IMG/VR virus record: IMGVR_UViG_3300045116_000678
Coordinates: 1-64,000 of that record
Reading direction: 5' to 3' (one strand)
Origin: a virus
DNA: 64,000 bases
A program made the translations under genes and the position numbers. Shown in pieces: positions 1-8,685 of the stretch. The notes beneath the pieces are model-generated. The model made no database searches and was not told where the DNA came from. It worked only from the letters and a program-made list of their open reading frames with translations. Numbering within the stretch: the stretch's first letter is position 1; each line of letters starts with the position of its first letter.

Positions 1-255
1 CTACCCTGCGCCGAATCCTGCGGTCGTATCCACCAGCTCCGCGAAATAGGCATTCCAGAAGTAATGCGTGGAGCGGTGGTGGCGCGACGACTTCAGTCGA
101 ATCTTGATGCGCACGCGGCCCACGTCGGGCACGTCGATCTCGGACACCACATCGCTCGGGGACGAGCTTCTGGCCGCGCCGTGCTGCTGCTGCGCTTGCG
201 CGATGAGGGCGCCGGGCACCTTGCCCAAAATGCCGTTGCTGTCGTCCCATGCCAT
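1..255 (-). CDS. Hypothetical protein (84 aa, MAWDDSNG...)
   Basis: ORF 1..339; ATG at 255 is more plausible; divergent from the SOS box. Confidence 0.55.
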   Translation of the reverse strand: MAWDDSNGILGKVPGALIAQAQQQHGAARSSSPSDVVSEIDVPDVGRVRIKIRLKSSRHHRSTHYFWNAYFAELVDTTAGFGAG

Positions 256-275
256 GGCGACACTGTACGCGAACA

Positions 276-291
276 CTGTATGCTCATCCAG
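276..291. promoter_or_regulatory. LexA (SOS) box
   Basis: CTGTATGCTCATCCAG fits CTGT-N8-(A/C)CAG; overlaps the GTG start at 291 and a CACTGT -10-like hexamer. Confidence 0.7.
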
Positions 292-623
292 TGCTTTGCA
301 AGGTCTATTTCGCCAATCGCAAGGGCGTGCAGCGCCCAAGGGATGACGTACGCGGCACGCCGCAGATCGGCGAGCTGCGTCTGCGCCTGATGAGCCGCTA
401 CGGTGCCGTGCTGAGCCATCCGGAGACCGGGCGATACCTGCTCCCGGCCCTGGATGCCGTGACGATCACGATCAAGGCCCGGGGCGTGTTGCTGGAAGGC
501 ACCGAGATGATCCCGCGCCGGGCCGGCCGGAAGGCCGCCTACGACATGTACGCACAGATGTGGTGGTGCGTCCCGGTGTTCGACTCGATCGTGCTGGACG
601 ATCTCAGTGCGGGGATGGCCTAG
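291..623 (+). CDS. Hypothetical protein, probably SOS-regulated
   Basis: In-frame GTG within ORF 249..623 at the end of the SOS box. Confidence 0.6.
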   Translation: MLCKVYFANRKGVQRPRDDVRGTPQIGELRLRLMSRYGAVLSHPETGRYLLPALDAVTITIKARGVLLEGTEMIPRRAGRKAAYDMYAQMWWCVPVFDSIVLDDLSAGMA

Positions 624-626
624 TCG

Positions 627-860
627 TCAGCGATCCGAAACCCTTGACCAGTTCAGCGCCACGGCAGTGCGCTCAGCCTCATGGAGAAAGCCCTTAAACG
701 CCGTTGCCGACTCTGCGCGGAGTGCCCGGACACGCTGGATCAGTTCCGGCGGCGCAGTGCCGGGTCCACACAACTGCGCGTGCAGCTCATCTTCCGCGGC
801 TCGGGCTTCGGCCTCGGTCGCGCGCCATTCGTCGTGAAGTTGTTGAACGACGGAGAGCAT
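627..860 (-). CDS. Small hypothetical protein
   Basis: ORF 627..947; helical protein from ATG 860. Confidence 0.45.
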   Translation of the reverse strand: MLSVVQQLHDEWRATEAEARAAEDELHAQLCGPGTAPPELIQRVRALRAESATAFKGFLHEAERTAVALNWSRVSDR

Positions 861-975
861 GGTGTTCCCAAACGGAGGATTGCCATAGTGCACGCTCATG
901 GCCAGCGGCGGAACTATCTCACGGAGCGACGATCTGTCCGACAGCACGCTTTGTACCGGTCAGCTACTGTGCAGC

Positions 976-1227
976 ATGAACCAAACTCCGGCGAAGGCGC
1001 AGGCGATCTCACTCTGGCGCGAGTTGAACCTTACTGCTCACAGGGCAGAAATGCTAGTGGCGACGGCAAGCCTGGAGCACGCACGAGGGGTTGGTGGTCC
1101 ACCGCCCGAGGGCCTTGTCGCGCTTGCACGCGAGCTGCGTGGCCTGGCGAACAGGCAACGGGAGTTGGCACTGTTCGGTTTGGAGGCATCAGCCGTGCGC
1201 CGCTTTGCCGGCGAAGTCGACGACTAG
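976..1227 (+). CDS. Small hypothetical protein
   Basis: ORF 898..1227; ATG 976 (MNQTPAK). Confidence 0.4.
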   Translation: MNQTPAKAQAISLWRELNLTAHRAEMLVATASLEHARGVGGPPPEGLVALARELRGLANRQRELALFGLEASAVRRFAGEVDD

Positions 1228-1954
1228 AACAGCTCCGGCTCAGCCTTTGCAGCCGGCGGATCCGCCGGAGCCGCATCGAATTCCTCGACCGGCGTGAGCT
1301 TGATGAGCGCCTTCGCTTCCTCGATCGTGCCGCGCAGCCACTGGTCCACCTCGCCCTGCTCCAGCAGCACCAGGCTGCGCTTGTCCTGCTTGTCGGGCCC
1401 GAGCCGCGGATCCGGCTTGTGCATGCGCTTCATCAGCGGGTGCGCGTCAGCGTTGACCGTCACCATGGTGTAGCTCGGCACTACCTCGCCCGTGGCCGGG
1501 TCCGTCCACTCGCTCCACAACCCGGCCACGCTCCACGGCTGCCCGTCGGCCCGCAGGAAGCGCCACCAGATGTTCGCGCCGGTCTCCCAGTTCGGCTCGA
1601 AGAACAGCCGGGCCGGCACGATGCAGCGCTGGCCGTGCTTCCAGGCATCGCGGTAGGTCGGTCGACTGGCGAGCGTTTCCTGCCGGGCGTTCACGGTGCT
1701 GATGCGCTTTGGCTTCTCGCCCGGGCCGCGCGGGCGGCTCATCGGGATGCGCGTCTCGCTGTCGGGGGGATCATCCCCCACTGCGCCAGCTGCGCCGTGC
1801 GTTCGCCCTGCTCGTCCAGGCGCACGACGGGCCCAGTCGACAGCGGGAACAGCTCGCGCGCCCTGAACAGGCCCAGCGGCATGCGCTTGCCGGCACCGAT
1901 CTGCCAGAAGTCCTCGAGCTCGCGCATCTCGGGCGGGATGTAGCGGGTGCACAT
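1224..1954 (-). pseudogene. SOS response-associated peptidase (SRAP/HMCES/YedK family), split by a 1-nt deletion in a C6 run
   Basis: N-terminus MCTRY (catalytic Cys2)...QWGMIPP in one frame; TVNARQE, RCIVPA, FFEPNW, AGLW, HPLMKRMH in ORF 1224..1976; break at G-run 1764-1769. Confidence 0.85.
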
Positions 1955-1993
1955 AGGCGCCATGATGCCAGCGCAAGGCAGATTCCAGCCCTC

Positions 1994-2196
1994 ATGGACC
2001 TGTTTGACACCCACCCCACCGTGCTGCGGCACCAACCTGGTACAGCGACACACTCGAGGAAACACTGCTGCCGCTGCGCGTCGGCGACTACAAGGTGACG
2101 CCGGCGGCTGGCCGTGAGGGTCGGTGGACTGTCACCTCTGTCAAAGGCGAGACGGTGTATTGCGGCATCGGTCCTGTCACTATCAAGGCGGGTTGA
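1994..2196 (+). pseudogene. Small hypothetical gene with apparent 1-nt frameshift at CC 2036-2037
   Basis: MDLFDTHPTVLRHQP joins WYSDTLEETLLPLRVGDYKV...KAG* if one C is added. Confidence 0.45.
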
Positions 2197-2198
2197 CC

Positions 2199-2473
2199 AT
2201 GGCCAACATCTACGACACCGTGGTTGCAGCCCTGCGCGCGCACTGGGCGATGCACGAAAACAAACAGCCACAGAAGCTGCTGCTGCAACCCAGCAGCACG
2301 ACGCGCTCACGAAGTTGCGCCGGGTCGGCCGGGAAGGCTTGAACGCCGAAGGTCTTGGGTCTGTGCTCGGCCGGTTGGCTTTGCTGGAAGCGATGGTGTC
2401 TACGCGGCCTAGAAATGCGGAACCATGGTGGGGGGAAACGCGCACGGTCCGCGTCTCAGGATTTGCAGGTTGA
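2199..2473 (+). pseudogene. Small hypothetical gene with apparent 1-nt frameshift at CCC 2289-2291
   Basis: MANIYDTVVAALRAHW...LLLQP joins QQHDALTKLRRVGREGL if one C is added. Confidence 0.45.
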
Positions 2474-2662
2474 GAGCATCGGCGCCGGGTGCCTGTCTGG
2501 GGGCACGCCAAGGCAGTACGACGCTGGTCAATCAGCATGACGGCATTAGAACTTTCTGCTACCCTTTGTTATCGGGCGGGTCGTGCGCGCCGTAAGGATG
2601 CGACTGACCCCTGCATGGTCGACACCTTCGGGCGTGGCCGCCTCTCATTCAAGGGCTTCGTA

Positions 2663-3082
2663 ATGACTACGCCTGCAGCAGAAACGACTTCCTCGAAGGC
2701 ACCGGAAAAGAAGTCCAACTGGATTGGGATCGTTGCCGTGGTGGTGGGCGTTTTTGTGGCCGTCAAATTCATTTGGCCACGGATTACCGGTGCGGCTGAC
2801 TCTGTTGCACAGTCCTGCATGGGCGTGATTCGCAGCGGCGGTCCGCAAGGTCAAGACAAAGTGTTCAACACCTGCAGCTTTCCAGTGAACGCTGTGGTGT
2901 GTCTTGATGGGCGGTGTCCGCGCGCAAAGACTTTCTACCCCGGCGACACTTACGCGCATCTCGCCGGGGAGGGACAGAGCTGGTGGGGCCAGATGACCAG
3001 TGCTCAGAAGCTAAGGCTGTACGCTTGCAAGAGGGGCTACGCGCCCGACCCCAAGGACCTTGGAAGCTGCGCCGCGTTGTAG
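2663..3082 (+). CDS. Single-TM membrane protein with Cys-rich extracytoplasmic domain (moron)
   Basis: TM WIGIVAVVVGVFVAVKFIW followed by 6 Cys; lower GC. Confidence 0.7.
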   Translation: MTTPAAETTSSKAPEKKSNWIGIVAVVVGVFVAVKFIWPRITGAADSVAQSCMGVIRSGGPQGQDKVFNTCSFPVNAVVCLDGRCPRAKTFYPGDTYAHLAGEGQSWWGQMTSAQKLRLYACKRGYAPDPKDLGSCAAL

Positions 3083-3123
3083 GCCTGAAAGCTCAACATT
3101 GCGACGAGTGACCAGTTGAACAA

Positions 3124-3393
3124 TTAGTTTGTATCGCCGCCGGTCTTGTGCTGAGTTGAGGATTCATCGAGCCGCGCGAGGTAATCGGCAATCCACGCCC
3201 TAGCTTTCTCAGCAAGGGCGGTGCGCACTTGGTTTGCATCCTTTTCGGGGGACGCGATGGAAACCCTGCACATCGGCTGTCCTTTCCGGAGAACGATCGC
3301 GACATGTTGCACACCATCCTGGGCGACCGTCATGGTCCACTCTTCTGGGGCGAGCGGCTGCGAATGCGGCGCTCCTGGTCTGTCTAGCTTCAA
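3124..3393 (-). CDS. Hypothetical protein
   Basis: 89-aa ORF with plausible composition; start uncertain. Confidence 0.5.
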   Translation of the reverse strand: MKLDRPGAPHSQPLAPEEWTMTVAQDGVQHVAIVLRKGQPMCRVSIASPEKDANQVRTALAEKARAWIADYLARLDESSTQHKTGGDTN

Positions 3394-3689
3394 TGCCTGT
3401 CCTCCGGCCCTTGTCTTCTTAGAAAATAAACCATGATGGCTGAACGCCGCCTGTACGCCATCTTGAGTAGGGCACGTGGCGTCGCTATCCTCAAGGACTC
3501 GACAGCAAGAGTATCGCGTTCAGCGCCTCTTCCAATTGGTCCCAATTTCTGAACCGCATGCAGCGCCCCCGTCCGTCGAACCGGCCGCCGTGCTTCTGCA
3601 GGAGAGCTACATGGGGCGGGAACTTGCCGAAAAGGGCTGGCCATGGGCGACCACGACTGGGGTAGTAGACAGCAGCCACCCATTGCAAT

Positions 3690-4091
3690 TTGTCCGCCAA
3701 CGAAGGAATCTTCGAATCCTCCGGGAGCGGGTCCACCACAAATGCACGGGTTGCCGAGAAGGCGCTCGATTTGGCGGTGGCAGGCATCTCTTCTATTGGC
3801 GCTTCGCACCTCAGGAAATACGGCGGCAAGGAGTTTAGATCAATGCAACCGCGGCGTAGCAGCCTTGTAGACGGCAGGCCCACCGAGACCCCGTTTGAAA
3901 TGGCGGTCCAGCTGATCCGGGCGGGATGGAAAATCCCGCCGTATCCTGAGCCACTGCCGCTCACAGGCCCGATGGCCGAGCCCGATGACTCACGAGTTAT
4001 CGCTGCGGCCTACCTGCATCTCTGTGATGCATGGGAATGGCAGGTGCAATGCCTCTACGCGAAGGTTGAGGCCGATTTTCTTGAGCTCTGA
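3690..4091 (+). CDS. Hypothetical protein (possibly the 3' part of a degraded gene beginning near 3433)
   Basis: ORF track; lower-GC insert next to the spanins. Confidence 0.35.
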   Translation: MSANEGIFESSGSGSTTNARVAEKALDLAVAGISSIGASHLRKYGGKEFRSMQPRRSSLVDGRPTETPFEMAVQLIRAGWKIPPYPEPLPLTGPMAEPDDSRVIAAAYLHLCDAWEWQVQCLYAKVEADFLEL

Positions 4092-4120
4092 GGGGGCACC
4101 CCGCATGGCCCACGCCAGCC

Positions 4121-4369
4121 TCAGCGTGGCCACGCCTGGATGAGCGCCGCCCGGCGATCCCGCTCGCACCAGTAGGCGCCCATCCACTGCACCGCCCACG
4201 CTGCCAGATCCTGAGCGGTGGCCTTCGCCTTCAGATCGTCAGGAGCCAGGCACGGCATCGTCAGGAGCACAGGCGGGGGATCGACCTTGGCGGGCGCAGC
4301 GGGCCGCATCGTTGAGCATGCGGACAGCAGCATCAGGCACAGGACAGGAAGCCAGCGGCACAGTGACAT
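4121..4369 (-). CDS. o-spanin (Rz1-like lipoprotein)
   Basis: MSLCRWLPVLCLMLLSAC lipobox, Pro-rich, overlaps the i-spanin 3' end. Confidence 0.85.
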   Translation of the reverse strand: MSLCRWLPVLCLMLLSACSTMRPAAPAKVDPPPVLLTMPCLAPDDLKAKATAQDLAAWAVQWMGAYWCERDRRAALIQAWPR

Positions 4370-4613
4370 TGCGGACCCTCTCGATGGTCTTGGTGATGTA
4401 GACGGTGCGGACCTGGGCCTGCTTGGCCTCGCCCTGCTCCGCGGCGCGGGCCCGGCCGCGGTTGGCCTCGCGCTGGAACTCGGCCGCCGCCTCGTCCTCG
4501 CGCTGCCGGCGCTCGTAGCCCGACTTCTCGGCCGAGTGCCAGAACTTCCACACGCCGGCCGCGGCGGCAACCAGCAGCGCGGCGCTCAGCGCGAGCTTGG
4601 CCCAGATGCTCAC
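4239..4613 (-). CDS. i-spanin (Rz-like)
   Basis: GTG overlapping endolysin stop; N-terminal TM then coiled coil and C-terminal Cys. Confidence 0.85.
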   Translation of the reverse strand: MSIWAKLALSAALLVAAAAGVWKFWHSAEKSGYERRQREDEAAAEFQREANRGRARAAEQGEAKQAQVRTVYITKTIERVRNVTVPLASCPVPDAAVRMLNDAARCARQGRSPACAPDDAVPGS

Positions 4614-5116
4614 GACGCCAACCCGAGGAAGCGCCGGCTGGCCAGGTGGTAGGTGGGCCACTTCTCGGGGTGCGGCTTGCCGGGCCGCCATGTGCGCACG
4701 TAGTAGGCCCAGGCCGTGTCGACCTGCTGCACCGCCGGCAGCGGCTTGGGATCGGTGAACAGCAGCAGGCGGGCCAGTCCGGCCGCCAGCACATCGTCGT
4801 TCTCGATCGCGTCCCAGATTGCCTCGTCGGTGGGCGCCACGCAGCGCGCCTCATAGAGCATCGCTGCGAGCTTGGCCGTCGCGGGATGCGTCCGAACGCC
4901 GCGCACCAGACCGCCGCCCTTCTCCCCCTGCCAGAACGACTTTGCGGGGCCCGTCGGCTGCGGCGGGTTGCCGACGAGCTGCCGGCGGTGCTCGAAGCGG
5001 CTTTCCTGCTGGCCGATGGTCAGCAGCATGATGCGAGCCTCGTACGTGTCCATGCGCACGGGCAACAGCGCCAGGGCGGGATCGATACCCCGCTGGGTGA
5101 TCTCAAGCAGGGTCAT
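4610..5116 (-). CDS. Endolysin (lysozyme-like fold)
   Basis: IGQQESRF catalytic-Glu-like motif; located between holin-like genes and spanins. Confidence 0.75.
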   Translation of the reverse strand: MTLLEITQRGIDPALALLPVRMDTYEARIMLLTIGQQESRFEHRRQLVGNPPQPTGPAKSFWQGEKGGGLVRGVRTHPATAKLAAMLYEARCVAPTDEAIWDAIENDDVLAAGLARLLLFTDPKPLPAVQQVDTAWAYYVRTWRPGKPHPEKWPTYHLASRRFLGLAS

Positions 5117-5431
5117 TTAAACCTCCGATGAAGCGGAAAGCGGTGCAGGGCTGGTCGCGGTAAATGGCGGGCCGTCGCTCCAGTCCCTGCTCTCGATGAG
5201 CAGCTTGGCGAGGATGGCCAGGTCGAAGAAGACGGACGGCCAGCCGGGGTAGTCCCACAACCACGGGGAGAACCCGTTCGCTGCGGCGCCCATCAGCAAG
5301 ACCGCGTAGGCCCCTTTGATGCGCCAAAGCACTGCACTCGTGATCTTGCGGGCCCGGCAGATGCAGATGAACACAATGGCGCCTGAAAGGATCCCGTTGA
5401 GGCCTGCGGTCAGATAGGTGTCGGTGGTCAT
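5117..5431 (-). CDS. Holin/antiholin-like membrane protein
   Basis: 104 aa, about 3 TM, ATGA overlap, upstream of endolysin. Confidence 0.65.
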   Translation of the reverse strand: MTTDTYLTAGLNGILSGAIVFICICRARKITSAVLWRIKGAYAVLLMGAAANGFSPWLWDYPGWPSVFFDLAILAKLLIESRDWSDGPPFTATSPAPLSASSEV

Positions 5432-5844
5432 CGGTCGCCGTCCTTTCGGCCGCGAGCAGCAATCCACACGTCCACCAGCGCGTTCACCTTCCGTGCGGCC
5501 CACGGGAAGATGACGCTGGTCCACTTGTCAGCGCTGAAAGCCATGGCCGCGCCGAGCGGCGCATAGAGCCAGTTCTCTTCGAGAGGCCCCCACAGGGAAG
5601 CGACACCCTTGGACAGTGGGACGGTGACGAACAGCGCCAGCAAGACAGCGGCGAGGAAGTAAACGCAGGCGCGCGCCAGGCTGTCGCCCTCTCGCTGCAT
5701 CACCATGACGGCCGCGCCGCCCATCGATGCGATCGCGATAACGACATAGGGGCCGACGACTATTGCCATCTGCGGGCCAAAGACCACGCTGGCAAGCAGC
5801 GTCACCAGGTGCACCGGCGTTAGGTCGGGAGAAGAAGGGTTCAT
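5428..5844 (-). CDS. Holin-like membrane protein
   Basis: 138 aa, multiple TM, basic C-terminus, first gene of the lysis cassette. Confidence 0.7.
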   Translation of the reverse strand: MNPSSPDLTPVHLVTLLASVVFGPQMAIVVGPYVVIAIASMGGAAVMVMQREGDSLARACVYFLAAVLLALFVTVPLSKGVASLWGPLEENWLYAPLGAAMAFSADKWTSVIFPWAARKVNALVDVWIAARGRKDGDR

Positions 5845-7094
5845 GCGGTGCCTGCGGGGTTGAGCTGTCGCTCCAGCTCATGGATGCGAGAGAGGGCGGC
5901 GTCCAGGCGCGCGTACAGGTCTTGGACGCCGGCCAGGGCCAGTGCGCCGAGGGCGGAGGCGTCGACCGAGCGCAGGTCGGGGTAGTCGTCGGTCGCGTGG
6001 ATGGTCACCGCCTCTGGCGTGTGGATCTCCAGCTCCTGCGCCAGCACACCGATGCGGCGCGGCGCGGCGCTGGGGTGCGCCGGCCCGGCGATGATCGGAA
6101 TCTCGGCGCTCTTGCGGAAGGTCCGCACCGGGGCCGCCTCGATGCGCTCTCGGACGTTGTCGATCGGCTCGATATCGAACTTGGTCCGCACGTCGGAGTA
6201 CACGTCAAACGCGGCTGCGGCCAGCAAGTGACCGTCGTTTCGGTAGCGCAGGAACACACCAGCCTGGTTGACCTGCCAGAAGCTGATGACGCCGGGCTGG
6301 TGGTACGCGGCGGCGTAGTTCGTATCGCCTTGGCCGCCGGTCGCATTCCACAGGATGTTGATGCGGTAGGTGCCGTCGAACTGATACGTGCCCCCCTGCG
6401 GGGTCAGGCCGTTGTAGTTGCCGTTCCAGTAGAAGTTGTTCGCCGCCATCGCCCCGTTGTGGTTCCACGTCCCGGAGCTGGATATGACGTCGGTGGACCA
6501 ACTTACTGACCAGATAGTGCCGAGGCTGGAGCCCCCGTTCCACTTGGTGAGCGCCACGTTCTTGGTGCCACCAGAGCCCAGCTCCAGCGTCCAGGTCCGG
6601 CTCCCGCTATCCCGGCTCTCGATAACCGAGTTGCCGGTGCCGGCCCCCATGGTCGAGTCCAAGATGAGCGCGCCCTGTCCGGCTGCACCGAAGGGCACAG
6701 GACCTGCGCAGATAGTCCCGGCGGTGTACAGGGCGTTGTAGATGAAGACCGAGCCGTCGCTCCGTTGAATCGCGAACGCGCCGTATGACCCGTCCTGGGC
6801 GGCGCCCGCGTCGTTGTACCGGAAGACGCGGAAGTTCGATCCGACATTGCTGCCAGACTCAGCACCCGTATCCCCGAGATCCATGGCCCAGCGGGGAGAG
6901 GTATTCGTGTATGAAGCAATCCTCGCGTACTGGCCGGACCCGCTCTTAATGAGGCTGAACTGGGGGTTGGCCTTGCCGATGGCGAGGTTGCCCGTCACCG
7001 TGTCGCCCGCGAGCAGCACGTAGTCCAGGCGGTCGGAAGCCGCGAGCTCGCGAATGGAGCCCGTGTAATGGACGAGCGGCTTCTTGGTGGCCAC
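5841..7094 (-). CDS. Tail fiber/spike with C-terminal intramolecular chaperone (Peptidase S74)
   Basis: YSDVRTKFDI...IGVLAQELE...coiled-coil C-terminus; G/S/N-rich beta region. Confidence 0.85.
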   Translation of the reverse strand: MATKKPLVHYTGSIRELAASDRLDYVLLAGDTVTGNLAIGKANPQFSLIKSGSGQYARIASYTNTSPRWAMDLGDTGAESGSNVGSNFRVFRYNDAGAAQDGSYGAFAIQRSDGSVFIYNALYTAGTICAGPVPFGAAGQGALILDSTMGAGTGNSVIESRDSGSRTWTLELGSGGTKNVALTKWNGGSSLGTIWSVSWSTDVISSSGTWNHNGAMAANNFYWNGNYNGLTPQGGTYQFDGTYRINILWNATGGQGDTNYAAAYHQPGVISFWQVNQAGVFLRYRNDGHLLAAAAFDVYSDVRTKFDIEPIDNVRERIEAAPVRTFRKSAEIPIIAGPAHPSAAPRRIGVLAQELEIHTPEAVTIHATDDYPDLRSVDASALGALALAGVQDLYARLDAALSRIHELERQLNPAGTA

Positions 7095-7097
7095 GAA

Positions 7098-7700
7098 TTA
7101 AGCCAGCACGACCACCGTGCCGGCTTCGAAGTTCACGCTGGTGGCGCTGGTGGCCACGCCCAGGCGCTGCACGACGTTTCCGCTGGCACTGGGCACCGCG
7201 GCGCCTGCCTGGCCAGCCGTGGTCTGCAGGAACACCGGGCCTGGCGTGAGGCCCGACACGCCCGTGTTCGTGCCCTCGAAGTAGACCGTGGCGTTCGCGC
7301 CGCTGGCGACAGCCGCGAGCACGAACCCGTGCGCTTCCTTGCCGACCGCAGTGGCGTCGGCCTTGCGCACGCGCGCGCCGCCGGAGTTCCACACGTTCAC
7401 GAAGTCGCCGGCCGCGAGCGCCTCGCTGGCCTGAATGCTGGCCGTGTCCGCGCCGATGCCCACCGGCATCATGGTCGGGTCGATGCGGCCCGAACCATCG
7501 AGCGCGACCAGCTTGCCCGAGTCGCCCGCGCCAGCCGAGCTGGTCTTGCCGTTCGTGATCGTGAGGTCCAGCACGCCACTGGCGTTGAGGGCCGGCACCT
7601 TGTTGGCGTCGCCTGCCCCGGCGCTGGTGGTCAGCGTGGTGTCTTCGGTGAGGACACCATTCACCTGCTTGAGGTGCTTGGTGGTCGATGCAGTTCCCAT
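7098..7700 (-). CDS. Virion structural protein (tail fiber-associated)
   Basis: G/A/T-rich, repeated TSAGAGD..KV.AL..SG.LD. Confidence 0.7.
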   Translation of the reverse strand: MGTASTTKHLKQVNGVLTEDTTLTTSAGAGDANKVPALNASGVLDLTITNGKTSSAGAGDSGKLVALDGSGRIDPTMMPVGIGADTASIQASEALAAGDFVNVWNSGGARVRKADATAVGKEAHGFVLAAVASGANATVYFEGTNTGVSGLTPGPVFLQTTAGQAGAAVPSASGNVVQRLGVATSATSVNFEAGTVVVLA

Positions 7701-7704
7701 AGGG

Positions 7705-8283
7705 CTACTCCAAGACGATGGGCATCTTCAGCCCGATGTGGATCTGATCGGCGCGCGTTGCAACGCCGACGATGAGGCGGTAGCCGGCGGCCGGCGGGGT
7801 CTGGGTGAGCACGCCGGCCAGGCCAACGAATACCGGCTGGTCAGGCACCCACGACCACGACGGCTCGGTCATCAGGCCCATGGTCTGCACCTGCACTGGG
7901 GCGCCTTCGCTCGCGGCACCCTGTGTGATGCCCAGCACCAGCGACGCATCGGCCAGCGTCTCGCAGTCGGCGTAGACCACGACGCCGGCGAGCGATCGCA
8001 CGGCGCGGTGGCCACCCAGCGCGCCGCCAGCGATGAGGCTGAGGGCGGACCCGCCAGCGGCACCGGGCGGCCCGGGCATGCCCTGCACGCCGACGTCGAG
8101 CAGCGTCACCTGCTGTTCGCGCTCCACGACCAACAGATCGGGCGCGTCGTCGACCAGCAGTTCGTTCTCGGCCGCGTCAACGACGGTGCCGCCAGCGTCC
8201 TCGATGTCGACGATCAGCTCCGGCAGCTGCTCGACCAGCTGCTCAACGACGGTGACCTCGGTCAGGATCTGCTCGCGCGTCAC
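7705..8283 (-). CDS. Virion structural protein with short collagen-like GxxGxxG stretch
   Basis: GTG overlapping upstream stop; GVQGMPGPPGAAG. Confidence 0.65.
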   Translation of the reverse strand: MTREQILTEVTVVEQLVEQLPELIVDIEDAGGTVVDAAENELLVDDAPDLLVVEREQQVTLLDVGVQGMPGPPGAAGGSALSLIAGGALGGHRAVRSLAGVVVYADCETLADASLVLGITQGAASEGAPVQVQTMGLMTEPSWSWVPDQPVFVGLAGVLTQTPPAAGYRLIVGVATRADQIHIGLKMPIVLE

Positions 8284-8633
8284 CGCGTCACCTCGGGCGA
8301 GACAGTGACCGTGCCGGCCAGCAGGCGTCGCACGGTACCGTCCGCGAATTCGATCTCCAGGTCGAAGACGCCAGACGTCCACTGGAACGCCGCCGTGGCA
8401 GTGGCCTCGATGCGCAGCACCACCGTGCCGGCGGCACCGCCGAGCGTGATGCCGCCATTGGCAGTCGTCAGCGACACCAGCACGTCAGCGCTCTCGATCG
8501 CCTCGCGGATCTGCATGCGCGCGGTGCAACCGGTCAGGTCCACCGGCGTGGCTGGCTTGCCCGTCTTCCACGTCACCTGCCGGGTGAACGTGGCACCCTG
8601 GTCGACGGACAGTTTGAGCTTGAAGGCAGCCAT
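8280..8633 (-). CDS. Tail fiber adaptor-like protein
   Basis: DQGATF...PVDLTGCTARMQIR...GVFDLEI...GTVTVSPEVTR pattern typical of phage fiber-attachment proteins. Confidence 0.7.
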   Translation of the reverse strand: MAAFKLKLSVDQGATFTRQVTWKTGKPATPVDLTGCTARMQIREAIESADVLVSLTTANGGITLGGAAGTVVLRIEATATAAFQWTSGVFDLEIEFADGTVRRLLAGTVTVSPEVTR

Positions 8634-8640
8634 GACAGCG

Positions 8641-8681
8641 ATGGTCGCGGACCATCGCTGCAGCGCCGAACCCTACAGGGG
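8641..8681 (-). promoter_or_regulatory. Late promoter copy 1
   Basis: Motif at 8668-8681; -10 GACCAT at 8641-8646; 7 nt to ATG 8633. Confidence 0.8.
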
Positions 8682-8685
8682 TGCC

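Noticed and set aside
3433-4091. A single gene split by two frameshifts
   Set aside because: Plausible, but no recognisable homology supports joining the frames.
5841-8633. Diversity-generating retroelement, as in BPP-1-like podophages
   Set aside because: No reverse transcriptase ORF, and no TR/VR repeat pair differing at adenines was seen.
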